Shown: piece by piece, positions 25,401-39,900 of the stretch
Layout: the number at the start of each line of letters is the position of its first letter
Numbering within the stretch: the stretch's first letter is position 1
NCBI RefSeq assembly: GCF_006345805.1
Contig: NC_043022.1
Span: 11,904,001 to 11,968,000 of the forward strand
Source: Octopus sinensis
Lineage: Eukaryota
DNA: 64,000 nt
Direction: 5' to 3'
The notes under the pieces: model-generated
Told to the model about the DNA's origin: nothing
Database searches by the model: none
Seen by the model: only the letters and a program-made list of their open reading frames with translations
Position numbers and translations under genes: made by a program

Positions 25401-28400
25401 TTTCTTTCAATTAATTTGAAATAAAACAAAGAATTTAGTAAAATAACTTCGTTACCATTAAGCTGGTGTTAGGAACATAAATCGTGGAAGATTTTAATTC
25501 AAAACTTATGAAAATAAGACATTTGTACTACAGAGCCAGTTTCAGCCAGGTTGGTATCGAAAGGGTTAAGAATTGTTTCTCTATTATATATTTTAACCTT
25601 TTTGTTACCCTATTTTCGTTGAGATGCTCTGTGTTTCTTTCAATTAATTTTAAATATAACAAAGAATTTAGTAAAACAATTTAGTTATCATTAAGCTAGT
25701 GTTAGGAACATAAATCGTGACTAAGGTTTGGTGGAAGATTTTAATTCAGAACTTATGAAAACAAGACATTTGTACTACAGAGCCAGAGGCGGTTTCAGCC
25801 AGGTTGGTAACAAAAGAGTTAAGGTGTTCACATCCGTTGTATTGAAGTGGTGTAGAAAAATTTGTCATGCTGTGGAAAAGGGATGGTGAAAGTAAGTGTA
25901 CAGTAGTGTGAAAGAGAGAGAGAGAGAGTCATGAATGGTGAAGCTGATGTTAATAGGGAAAGCATGAGGATTGTTTGGAGGCAAAATATGAATGATGGTG
26001 ATAGGCAAGAATGAGAAAACATGAGGCAGTTTCTGGGGTCAGATGCCCTTCTTTGATGCTAACACTCATTTTTCCCCCCATGTAGAAAGTGTCTAGCAGC
26101 TTGGTAGGTTCACATGGAATAAAATACTTTCATTTACATTATTTACATTCGACGGATATTTGTACTCATCTTGTTTGTTATTAACACAACATTTCATTTG
26201 ATATACCCTCCAACTTTCTTCGGCCTGAAGAAGGTTGGAGGGTATATCAGCTGAAACGTTGTGTTAACAACAAACAAGAGGAGGACAAATATCTGTCGAA
26301 TGTAAATAATGTACATAATTCTTCATCTTAAATATAGAACTGTATTATAAAATACTTTACTCGGAAGCAAGAAAGGTTGGCTTCAGGAAGGGCTTCTAGC
26401 CCTTCCTGAAGCACAATCTCAAAAGCACTAGTTCAACATGTCAACAGAGAGAAAAGATGACATTTAAGCTGCACCCATTTTCCCCAGTCGTGCAGGGGTG
26501 AGGTCTGTTAGAATATCTCTACACAGTCTGTAGCTAGAGTCCTAATAGATCCTTGATCCTCCCCAGCATCCCTCAATAGATCTGCATCTATCAAGATGAT
26601 ACAGGATGGTACACAAAGAAAACTAGCCCAGGTTCCATATCAGTCGATCAGTATGCATCTGGTACTTCATTTATCGATCCTTCCCCCCCCCCAAGGATGA
26701 AAGGCAAAGTTGACCTTTGTAGAATTTGAACTCAGAATGTAGTGGCAGACGAAATACCACTAAGCATTTTGCCCAGCGTACCAACGATTCTGCCGGCTCG
26801 CCACCTTGGCCAAGGGGTAATATTACGTTGCTTGGAAAAGAGGTGAGGGTTGGCAGCAGGAAGGGCATCCAGCCATAGAAAATCTGCCTCAACAATTTCC
26901 ATCTGGCTCATGCAAGCATGGAAACGTGGATGTTAGCTGGTGGTGGTGGTCATGGTTTGGTGTTGGTGGTTATCCATGATCAAGTCAACCAGTGAGATAG
27001 TACTTACCCAGTTATTCAACATGCTAGAAACAGTAATCAGATTAAGGGGGCGAACTGGCAGAAATGTTAGCATGCCGGGCGAAATGCTTAGTGGTATTTC
27101 ATCTGTCTGTACGGCCTGAGTTCAAATTCCACTGATGTCGACTTTGCCTTTCAGGGTTGATAAATTAAGTACCAGTTACACACTGGGGATGATATAATCG
27201 TCTTAATCCCTTTGTCTGTCCTTGTTTGTCCCCTCTATGTTTAGCCCCTAGTGGGCAGTAAAGAAATAGGAAACAGTAATCAGATCTCTCTCTCAAGTCA
27301 TACCCTACTGTCTTAACTCTTTAGCATTTAAACCGGCAACACCAGGCCCAAAAAACCCTACTGGTTTTATAAGTTAAGTTAATTTTTTTGGTTCAAAAAG
27401 CAAAAAGCAAGGCCATGTAGGGGGACATGGAGTTATGTACAGGGAGAGAGTTCATGCAAAGAGTTCAGGCCATTTCTGGACAAGAGAGACTTTGAACTGA
27501 GCGGTCGTCGGCATCTTCACTATCTCGTCTGGCAGCTTATTCCACAGATCCGCCGCCCGGACGGAAAAAGCCCCTCTCCTTCAATTGAGATGAAATCGTC
27601 GTAGATAGAGCTTTTCGGAGTGACCCCGCAGCCGACGCTCTGGAGCAGGAGTGAAGAACAGCTCTTTCGAGAGGTTACACTTTCCGCTTATGATGTTGTG
27701 AGCAAGAATGAGATCACCACGGCGGCATCATTTTTCTAGAGAATAATGGTCGAGCGTCTTCAGCCTTTCTTCATACAAACTGGCCAGGTCCAGCCTCTTG
27801 CACCTACCCTACAATGTCATTTTAAAAATAAAACAATCTCATCATTGAAATCTGAAAGCTTATGAGATAATACCTGATTAACTGAAAACAAGGGGAATAA
27901 ATAAGGATTACATTTGACATAATCTGAATGCCAAAGGGTTAAGAAGCCGGCATTAGACAATATACTCCCAAGGCCTCACTCTGTGCGGCTATCTCTGCCT
28001 CCCCTTCTTCCGTCTCTGTGTAAGTACTCCTCCTCTTCCTCCTGTATCATGCACCAGTACCTCACCTGTTGTCTCTCTGTCTTTCTCTCTCTCTCTCTCT
28101 AGCCCAGAACCCACAGCAGCAGGTTCCCACAGAAGCTGTCACACCTGGCACTGGTATAGACCTGGAATATGAAACAGATGGTAAGTACACTCTCACATGT
28201 CTCTCTTCCTCTCTCTCTCTCTCTCTCTCTCTCCTGTTGTTTCTTTCTCATCTTCCTCTTTCCTCACATGTAAATGTGCACCAGCAGGAATATATATTTA
28301 TAGATGGAGAGATTGACATTGACAGATATACCTCTCTCTCTCTCTGTAATGTATATGTTTGTGTGTGTGTATTAGGGTGGTGGATTCACAGAGTCTTGTG

Positions 28401-29701
28401 CTGGACAACATTCTTTGTAATATTTTCTCTGGGTCTATTTTGTCCTGAGTTCAAATCCCACCAAGATCAACTGTGCTTTTCATCTCTTCAGGATCAATAA
28501 AATAGGGTACCAGTCAAAGGTGTCGACTAAACCCCTCTCCTCAAAATTTCTGGCCTCATTCCTAAATCATCACTATCATCCTCATCAACATTATCATCAC
28601 TGCCAACATCATCACCATCATTACATCATCATCATCATCATCATCATCACTTTTCTGTGCTTGCTAATCATTGTTGTTGTATTTTTAGTATAGGTTGTTT
28701 TTCTTATTTTATTGTTTTTTTTTCTTTTGCAGTTCAGACCATCTCTCCCGAAGCTGCTCTCTACGAGACTTGTTATGTCACTGCTCACAAGGCTGCATGC
28801 CGTGCTGGTGCTTTCCACCATTCTGGTAAGTCTGCAAGGATTTTGATTTAACAATCCCGCACCTCCTAACCATTTAATCGCACCTCCACCTCCATCTCTT
28901 GGTGACGGATCACCTTTCCTTTCTGTTGTAACCATGATGTTGTTGATGAAACATGTCCTTTGTCTATCTAATTATCCTCTTTGTGATTTTGGTTAATAGA
29001 ATAACTATAAAAATGAATCCTTTGAATTTAACTAAATTTTATATTTTTATGCGGCTGAAGATTGCTCTACATTTTAAAACTGATGTAATATTTGCATTGT
29101 TCAATTAAATGGAGTCACATGAAACGATCGTACTGCATTACCTCTGGGTATCCTTGTTGCTTATTTTGATTATATATATATATATATGTGTACGCACACA
29201 CACACTCACACATACATATGTATGCATGTATTTAAAATGTTAAGACATGGTAAAATAAGAAAGCAATGAAATTGCTTAGAGAACTTTATCATAGAAGATA
29301 GAAAAGGAAAATATGGAATGGCTTCAGGTGTTTTCATGCCGGAATAAAATGAAAGGAAAAATTTAAATGAACCAAATTAAGCGTTAATTTTATCACTTCT
29401 GGAAGTTCATATTTTTTAATTCTAAAATCACATGGTGCTGTATTTCATGTCCTGATTGTTGCTAGTTGGTAGTGATGGCAAATATTATTTATTTTTTTAA
29501 AAAATGATTTGGGTTTGTTTTTTTTTTCTTTTTTGGTTTCCAATTTAAGAAAACAATATTTTTTGTTATTGTAGGTCAACTGATAGCCACAGGATCAGAG
29601 GACGCTTCCATTAAGGTAAAGAAACTTGCTGGAATTTTCTGAAACCTATCTATGCTGTTGTCATTATTGCTGTCCTAGTCATCATCATTTAATGTGCATA
29701 T

Positions 29702-29738
<37 letters not shown>

Positions 29739-32700
29739 TAATTATAATTAGGTTTCAGCTAACTGCTTCACCTCATACCGAAATTAGAAATAGGAGTTAA
29801 AAATTCCCTTTCTTCTTAGCACTCAGTCGGTTACGACGACGAGGGTTCCGGTTGATCTGATCAGCGGAACAGCCTGCTCGTGAAATTAACGTGTAAGTGG
29901 CTGAGCACTCCACAGACACGTGTACCCGTAACATAGTTCTTGGGGATATTCAGCGTGACACAGAGAGTGACAAGGCCGGCCCTTTGAAATACAGGTACAA
30001 CAGAAACAGGAAGTAAGAGTGAGAGAAAGTTGTGGTGAAAGAGTACAGCAGGGATCACCACCATCCCCTGCCGGAGCCTCGTGGAGCTTTAGGTGTTTTC
30101 GCTCAATAAACACTCACAACGCCCGGTCTGGGAATCGAAACCGCGATCCTACGACCGCGAGTCCGCTGCCCTAACCACTGGACCATTGCGCCTCCCATTC
30201 CCTTTCTACTACTATAAGAATCTCCATGACGGTAAACATACTTTTTTTACGAAGGCAAAGAGAAAGACAATGAATCAACATGACCAGGATTAATTATATA
30301 TGTGTTTCGAGATTAAAGTAATTTAAGTTTTACTTACTTCTCTCTTCAGTATAATATTTCCAATGTTTTAAATAAAATTTGAAAGTATTATAGCCAAATA
30401 TGCACACAATCAAGCATCATCATGTAACAGATAATTAATTAATTAATTAATTTAATTAATAAATATTACCCTTCTATTATTAATTTAATATATATATATA
30501 TATAACTGTGTGGTTAAGAAGTTAATTTCCCAACCAACTGATTTCAAGTTCAGTCCCACATCATGGCACCTAGGACAAGTGTCTTCTATTACAGCCCTAG
30601 GCTGAACAATGTCTTCTGGGTAAATTCGGTCATGGAAACTTGTGTGGAAGTCCATTCTTATATACAGGGTTATTAAAAAATAACTCCCTGTTATAAAATA
30701 CTTATAAAATTATTTATTAATTGTAATTATTTTTTCTCAAATTTTTTTGTGTTTTTTTGTTTGAAGTATGAGAATTTAATTTGTAATTGTATTGCTTTTG
30801 TCATTCATGAATGGCTGAATGCCCACTTCCCCAGGTGGTGGATAGGTTTGTTGTTGTCCATATGAGTAGCCAACCAGGAGTCCCTACTTAACACCTTGTG
30901 ATTTTTTTTTCTTTGGGGTTGGTTAAAAGAACAAATCTACTGCTCTAAGCCAAAGATTTTGGAAGAACTTGAAGGGCAAATATACGAGAAGTTATGCCTT
31001 CCGTTCCACAAAAGTTGCTGGTGAAATCAGTTGACGCAAATCCTGGACGACTCAAGAAGGTGGTTGCAACATCTGGGGCCCATATTAAATCTTAAATGAA
31101 ACCTCATGCTAAAACCTGTCCTTATAAGTATTTTAAGACAGGGAGTTACTTTTCAATCACCCTGTATATATTTATCTATATGTGTGTATATATCTTATTT
31201 CTTTACTACCCACAAGGGGCTACACACAGAGGGGACAAACAAGGACAGACAAAGGGATTAAGTTGATTACATCGACCCCAGTGCTTAACTGGTGTTTAAA
31301 TTATCGACCAGAGTACATAACTGGTGCTTTATATATCTGTGTGTCTGTGTTTGTCATACCCCTCCCTCAAAAGGAGACCAGTGGAACAAGCACCAAACTT
31401 AAAGAAAGCCTTAAGTACTAGGGGTCAATTTGTTCACCTGAAATTCTTCAAAGTGGTGCCCCAGTATGGCCACTGTCCAGTGACTGACAATACTAAAAGA
31501 TCATAAATAACTTGTGCAGGCAGCGATGAGTGGAGAGTGTGAGTGAGTGAGTGGATGTGATGTTGTTTCCTGCTTTGTTTATTTATATTTTGTCTGATTT
31601 CTTTTTCTGTCTTTTCCAGATTTTGGATGTGGAGAGGATGCTGGCCAAAAGTGCCACACCTGCTGAGATCATTGCTATGGAAACACCACAACAAACCATG
31701 GAAAACCATCCCGTGATTCGAACCCTCTACGACCATAACTCTGTAAGTCAGGCATCTTCCCTGCTGTACTTTGGGTTTCGCTGGGGACGATGGTGGAGTA
31801 GTGTGACTGTGAGAGTTGTGGTGTAATGTGGCAGGGGTTGTAGTTTTACTGATCCATAGTATTATGTAATGTGTAGTGGTGGTAGTAGTGAAGGTGTGTG
31901 GCTTAGTGGTTAGGGCGATCGGCTCATGATTGTAAGGTTGTAAGTTCAATTCCTGGCGACACATTGTGTTCTTGAGCAAGACACTTTATTTCATGTTGCT
32001 CCAGTCCACTCAGCTGGCAAAAATGTGTTGTACCTGCATTTCAAACGGCCAACCTTGTCACACTCTGAGTCATTCTGAATCTGCCTGAGGGACTATGTTA
32101 TGGGTACACGTGTCTGTGGAGTACTCAGCCACTGGCACATTAGACTACATGTTGTAGTGTAGTGTGTCTATATAGACTACATGTTGTAGTGTAGTGTGTC
32201 TATATAGACTACATGTTGTAGTGTAGTGTGTCTATATAAACAGTACATGTTGTAGTATAGTGTGTCTATATAGACTACATGTTGTAGTGTAGTGTGTCTA
32301 TATAAACAGTACATGTTGTAGTGTAGTGTGTCTATATAGACAGTACATGTTGTAGTGTAGTGTGTCTCTATAGACAGTACATGTTGTAGTGTAGTGTGTC
32401 TCTATAGACAGTACATGTTGTAGTGTAGTGTGTCTCTATAGACTGTATGTGACTGGATATGTTGTGGTAAAGTGTTGGTTCCTCTCATTAAACTCTAATA
32501 ACTGTTGGATGTTTCCATTCCAGGAAGTGACGTCCCTGGACTTTCACCCATTCCATCAGATCCTCGTCTCCGGCAGCAAAGATTTCAGTGTAAAATTCTT
32601 TGAATTTTCAAAACCCTCCGTGAAAAAAGCTTACAAAAGTATCCAGGTGAGTTTGTTGTTGTTGTTAATAATGGTGACAGTGGTGATGGCTTGTTGTTGT

Positions 32701-34975
32701 TGTTGTTGTTGTTGTTAATGATGGTGGTGATGTTGCTGCCATTAATGTTGGCGGCGGCTCCTAGTTATTGTGAATGATGGTGTTGGTGGTGGTGAATACA
32801 TAAACAAGTGCCTATCCAACAGTGATTGCATCATCCATACTCTCAACATGATGCTCTTAAATATGGTTTCTGATTACAAATATCTTGGGTCATACATATC
32901 ATCATCTGGAAAAGACTTTCTAACTAGAAAGGGTATGGCCTGGTCAGCCTGTAATGACATGCATAAGATCTGGTCATCAAATCTAAGTAGAGACTTCAAA
33001 CTTGAAATCTTCAAAGCCACAGTCGAACCAATTCTACTATATGGCTCAGAAACCTGGACGTTATCAAAGAAGCTTGAGAGGCGGTTGGATGGAACCTACA
33101 CTCGCCTCCTTATGAGATCTCAAAATCTCTCGTGGAGGCGCCATCCAACCAAAATGCAAATATATGGGAAACTACCACCTGTGTCATCTCTTGTGAAAGG
33201 CAGGAGAGTCCAGTTTGCTGGACATTGTTGTAGAGCTGAAAAAGAGGTAATTTCTACTCTTCTCCTCTGGAAGCCATCTACTCGCAATACCAGAGGGCGC
33301 ACACTCTCCTACCCTGATGTAATCTCCAGGGATACAGGCATCCAGCAACAGGACCTCCGTAATGCCATGATGGACCGTGAAGTCTGGCGTAGCATGGTAA
33401 ATTCCATTGTCTCGACCACGGTTGAACAATGATGATGATGAACATGCTGCTAGCTGTAGTTTGTTGTTGTTGTTGGTCTTGGTTCAGACCTGATTGAAAG
33501 CAAACCTACTCTCAAAAGCAATCCAGCCATGATCAACCCTTCGTTATTTCAGGCGGGCAAAGTGTATATCTACAACTATATTATCTATAGACACAGGAGT
33601 GGCTGTGTGGTAAGTAGCTTGCTTACCAACCACATGGTTCTGGGTTCAGTCCCACTGTGTGGCACCTTGAGCAATTGTCTTCTACTATAGCCGCGGGCCA
33701 ACCAAAACTTGTGAGTCGATTTGGTAGACGGAAACTGAAAGAAACCCGCCGTATATATGTATATATATATGTTTGTGTGTCTGTGTTTGTCCTCCCAACG
33801 TCGCTTGACAACCAATGGTATGTTTACGTCCCCGTAACTTAGCAGTTCGGCAAAAGAGACCGATAGAATAAGTACTAGTCTTCCAAAGAATAAGTCCTGG
33901 GGTCAATTTGCTCGATTAAAGGCGGTGCTCCAGCATGGCCGCGGTCAAATGACTGAAACAAGTAAAAGAGTAAATGAGAGAGAGTAAAGAGTAATATATC
34001 CTTCTCTTTCTGAGATGGGGGAAGTGTCATTTTGGAAGGAGATTTGACTGCTGTTTCTAGCATGTTGGACAACCAGATAAAAGAATGAACAGCAGAGTCA
34101 GTCTTAGCGAGATTTCAACCCAAGTCATAAATATTTTCTATTTTATCCTTACAGGATTATTTGTCTTGTGAGTGAATTTGGTAGACGTGGAAATGCGTCT
34201 TGTGTGTGTCTTTGTATCTGTGTTTTTGTCATGCATACCGGCTGTTTGATAACCGGTGTTTGTTTGTTTACATCCCCGTAATTTACCGTAATGTCTATCT
34301 CTAACTCTCTCTCTCTCTCTCTCTCTCTCTTCCTCTTCATGCAGGAATCAGCCCCAGTTCGCTGTTTGTCATTCCACCCGTCCGGAGAGTATATATTGGT
34401 TGGAACGCAACATCCTGTGCGTAAGTAACTTTTAATCTTTGCGGTATACGCTTCATCCAGAAGATGGACATTGTATGAATTTGTAAACCTGTCCGACCTT
34501 CCTCACACCTCATTCACTAGTGTGGGTTGGTGATGATGGCAGTGGTTGTGCGGATGTCAGAAAATATTCTTTCATAATATACAGGGTGGGCCCAAAATAG
34601 GGTTACAGTTATCACGTAGGCACTTTAAATTTCTTTTAAAACATTTTATTACACTTAAATTACTATTTTACATACATATATATGTAAGATATATATATCT
34701 TACATATATATATATATATATATATAAAATTTCTATCTTGTATATATATATATATATGAATAAATGAAAGAATGGAGTCGAACGAAGATGTTAACAAAAT
34801 TCCTTTACTCTCGACTCATGTTTCGAAGACAGCACATTCCTATTCCGAAGGAATAAAGGGTGCATTATGCAATCTTCTCATCAGGAAAGATAAGGAGCCT
34901 CTCTCAACCTCAAGACGAACAAAAACTTCGATGATTGCCTACATGCTGACGATAAACATAGGATCACCTACTTAA

Positions 34976-35025
<50 letters not shown>

Positions 35026-35754
35026 GGTGTGTTTGTGTAAATATATGTGTGTGTATGTATATATATATACAGGGTGGCTCAAAAAATAGGTTTACAGTTA
35101 TCACGTAGGGACTTCAAATTTCTTTTAAAACATTTCATCACATTTAAATTTCTCTCTTACAAACTGAAAAGGGAGCTTGGACAAAATTAACTAAATTAGC
35201 ATAGAATAATGGTTTCATATTTGTTTTTTTGTAATTAAGATCTAAACTGTTAATAAATGAATGTGAAAGAGAAAGTAGAATAACTGTTAATCTACTTTTG
35301 GGTCTCCCTGTGTTTTCTTTACATCATTTGCATCTGACTTCTGCTCACATTCTCCTCGTTTTCTGCTTCCCCAAGACACAACTCCCTCCTTCACTAACAT
35401 TCAACTCTCTCTCTCTCCTCTTCATTCAGTTCTTTTTATATTGTCTTAGAAATTCCTTTATACGTATGCACACACACACTCACACATGCATACATACACT
35501 CACAACCACTGTCTGTTACACATGCAACATGCATATTGAGCACAGTCACCATCTATTACATACACATACACAGTATCACTGTCAAACACACACACACTTT
35601 CACTGTCTCTTACTCACACACATACATATACATATACACTATATTAAACACACATGCACATCACACACATACACAATCACTATTACATACATGCACAAAC
35701 TCACTTTTATATACACTCACCCACACTCTCTGTCTGTTACCCACACTCACATAA

Positions 35755-35785
<31 letters not shown>

Positions 35786-36868
35786 TACTATCTATTGCAC
35801 ACAAACACATATACACACACTATTACACACATACACACACTATCTATTGCACACACACAAACACATACACACATATATACTATCTATTGCACACACAAAC
35901 ACATACACCCACACATACTATTACACACATACACACACTACCTATTGCACACAAACACATACACACATACTATGTTATACACACAATCCCTGTTTTATAC
36001 ACACACACACACACACACACTCATTAAATCAGTTTACATACGTCCATCCTTACCTGTTGTTATTGTGTTTATTACCTTTGGAGTAAATTAATTAACTCAC
36101 CTGTCCAAGTTCTCTTCTTCTTCTTCTTCTCATCTTCCTACAGTACGACTGTATGACGTCAATACATTCCAGTGCTTCGTCTCGGGCAATCCAGCTGACC
36201 AACATGTTGGACCAGTGACATCGGTAAACATTTACATAACATAATCCTTTGAAGAAGGACAGTGGGGTGAGGTGTGGTGGGGTGTTAGTTTTTATATGAG
36301 GTGTTTTATGCACCATGCTCCAATCTGATCTAGTAGTGTTTCTACAGAATGGATGCCCTTCCTAGCGCCAACCACTCCAAGAGTGTAGTGGGTGCATTTT
36401 TCGTGTCACTGGCACAGGAGCCAGTCAGGGCAGGCCTAGTATCGATCACATTCGGATAGTGCTTTTTATGTGCCACTGGCACAGGAGCCAGTCAGGGGGC
36501 ACTGGCATCAGCCATGTTTGGATGATGCTTGGTGCTATATATATATATATGCATATGTTTATGTGTCTGTGTTTGTTTCTCTCCCCACTATCACTCGACA
36601 ACCGATGTTGGTGTGTTTCCGTCCCTATAACTTAGCAGTTCATCAGAAGAAACCGATAGAATCTTTACTTGTTTCAGTCATGTGACTGTGGCCATGCTGG
36701 AGCACCGCCTTTAGTCGATCAAATCAACCCCAGGACCTATTCTTTGTAAGCCTAGTACTTATTTTATTGGTCTCTCTTTTGCCGAACTGCTAAGTTACGG
36801 AGACGTAAACACACCAGCATCGGTTGTCAAGCGATGTTGGGGGGACAAACACAGACACGCAAACACGC

Positions 36869-36909
<41 letters not shown>

Positions 36910-39900
36910 TACGACAGGCTTCTTTCAGTTTCCGTCTACCAAATCCACTCACAAGTCTTTGGTCGGCCCGAGGCTATAGTAGAAGACACTTGCCCAAGGT
37001 GCCACGCAGTGGGACTGAACCCGGAACCATGTAGTTCGTAAGCAAGCTACTTACCACACAGCCACTCCTACATAAGTACTAGGCTTACAAGGAATAAGTC
37101 CTGGTGTCGATTTGCTCGACTAAAGGCGGTGCTCCAGCATGGCTGCAGTCACATGTCTGAAACAAAAGAAATACAGGAAAAAACTATAGTGGAAGGGTGT
37201 CTATTTATTTTTGAGCTGTCTGTGCATATGCATCTTGTCTTTTGTTGGACCAACGACATCGGTAGACATCTACATAACATAATCCTTTGAGGAAGGACGG
37301 CAGGGGGCGGAGGGTTTAGTTTTTATATGAGGTGTTTTAGGTGTTTGTTTTTTTTTTTTTATATAAATCTTGTTGCCTTGACTTTACATCAATGCCAGCC
37401 ACTACTACCATTACAACCATCGCCACTACTGCACCTCACTACCACCACTAAAGTTCCCCACCCTCACTACTATGATACCCTTTCAACACCACTGCAGTAC
37501 TATCACCACAACAACAGTACTCCAACCATTTCCATTACAGTACCACAATCACTACTACATTACCACCACTGTACCTATTTCTTTATTACCCACAAGGGGC
37601 TAAACACAGAGGGGACAAACAAGGACAGACATAGGTATTAAGTCGATTACATCGACCCCCAGTGCGTAACTGGTACTTAATTTATCGACCCCGGAAGGAT
37701 GAAAGGCAAAGTCGACCTCGGTGGAATTTGAACTCAGAACGTAACGACAGACGAAATACTGCTAAGCATTTCTCCCGGCGTGCTAACGGTTCTGCCAGCT
37801 CGCCGCCTACATTACTACAATAGCCACCTGTGTATCATACTCAGTGTATACACACTGTTGATTGACCAGTTAAAGTAAAAAAGATCCCCTTTCGTAATGA
37901 GTGACCATGGGATTGCACCTAGAAAGTTCCCTGAAACAAAAGAAATACGGGAAAACTGTATACTGGAAGGGTGTCTATTTTTGAACTGTCTTTTGTATGA
38001 TGACAAGTCATCACATGGCTACGTTGTCTCCTTGCTACACAACCCAGCCTTAAGTCATGAATTCACCCTCCCTTTCACTCAGTTGTGTTGGGGTTTCTAA
38101 TGGACACTCAATTCTATCCTCTTCCACACACACACACATATGCATATAATACAGACACATTGTTTTACCCTTGGGTTTCTGTATCTGTTGCTGTTCTTCA
38201 GTATTTTTCCTCATTTTCTTTCAGGTGAGATGGAGTCCCAACGCTCACCTGTACGTGACCAGTTCTAAAGATGGGGACCTCAAACTGTGGGATGGCGTCA
38301 GTAATAAATGCATCAACACATTCAAGCATGCCCATGAGGGCCAGGAAGTGTGTTCAGCTGTGTTCTCCAGGAATTCTAAGGTATGATGGTTCCTTCTCCT
38401 ACTTTCATTTCCATCTCTCTCCCTTTTTCTCACCTCTCTTGCCTTTCCCTCTCTCCCCTTCCCCTCTCTTCTCCCTTCTCTCTCACCTTCCCCTCTCCTC
38501 CCTCCCATTTCTCCCCTCTCCCCTTGTTTCTTTTCTCACCTCTCTTCCCCCTCCCCTTTTCTCCCCCTTTCCTCACCTCTCTTTTCTTTCCTTCTCTCTC
38601 ACCTTCCCCTCCTCCCTCCCATTTCCCCCCTCTCCTTGTTTCTCCTCTCTCCCTTTTTCTCCCCTTTCTCCTCTCTTCCTTTTCCCCCTCCTCCCCCTTT
38701 CTCCATCTGTCCCTCTCTCTTTATTACCCCTCCCTCTCTCTTTATTACCATCCTCTCTATTTCCTACGTACAACATAAACAAACACAGATACACAAATAT
38801 ATGTTTATAAGTATAGTCTGTATATATGCACAACCATGGCTGTGTGGTTAAGAAGCTCATTTTCCTACGACGGAATTTCAGGTTCGGTCCCACTGCATGG
38901 CATCTTGGACAAATGTCTACTGCTATAGTCCCAAACAACCAACTGATGCCTTGTGAGTGAATTTGGTAGACGTGGAAATGCATCTTGTGTGTGTCTTTGT
39001 ATCTGCGTTTGTCATGCATACCGGCTGTTTGATAACCAGTGTTTGTTTGTTTACATCCCTGTAATTTACCGATTGGGCGAAAGAGAACTATGGAATAAGT
39101 CCCAGACTCCCAACAAAACACACAAGTGCAAGGGTTGATTTGTTTGACTTAAAACCCTTCGGGGTGTTGCTCCAGTATGGCCACAGTCCGATAATAAACC
39201 GAGTTAAATATAAATGTTATATATATGTATGTGGCGCAGGAATGGTTGTGTGGTAAGTAGCTTGTTTACCAACCAAATCGTTCTAGGTTCAGTCCCACTG
39301 CGTGACACCTTGGGCTAGTGTCTTCTACTATAGCCTCGGGCCGACCTAAGTGAGTGGATTTGGTAGATGGAAACTGAAAGAAGCCCGTCGTATATATGTA
39401 TATATATATGTGCGTTTGTGTGTCTGTGTTTGTCCCCCTGGCATTGCTTGCCAACCGATGCTGGTGTGTTTATGTCCCCGTCACTTAGCGGTTCGGCAAA
39501 AGAGACCAATAGAATAAGTACTGGACTTACAAAAGAATAAGTCCCGGAGTCGAGTTGCTCGATCAAAGGCGGTGCTCCAGCATGGCCGCAGTCAAATGAC
39601 TGAAACAAGTAAAAGAGTAAATGAGTGTGTGTAAATGCAATTGAGGGGTAGACGTAAAATGTGACCTCGAATACGCATCCGTCCAACCCATGCTAGTGTG
39701 GGGAAATGGATGTTAAGTGGATGCACGAATAATTACGTTAAGTCTCTGAGAACGTCGGCAAGTAATTATCTCCCTTTACTTAGTCAAAATCCGTTTTCAC
39801 CGCACCCAACAGTTATCTCCCTTTTAGTAAAATCTATATTGAGCCTCTCCAGAAATTCCAAGCAAGCCTCGGGAGGGGTTGCGAGTTTTGAACAAAACAG

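Noticed and set aside
35298-36091. His/Thr-rich 262-aa ORF
   Set aside because: (CA)n low-complexity tract with no homology.
38271-39121. Pro/Leu/Ser- and Arg/Glu-rich ORFs
   Set aside because: Arise from the CT-rich tract; only 38225-38380 is coding.
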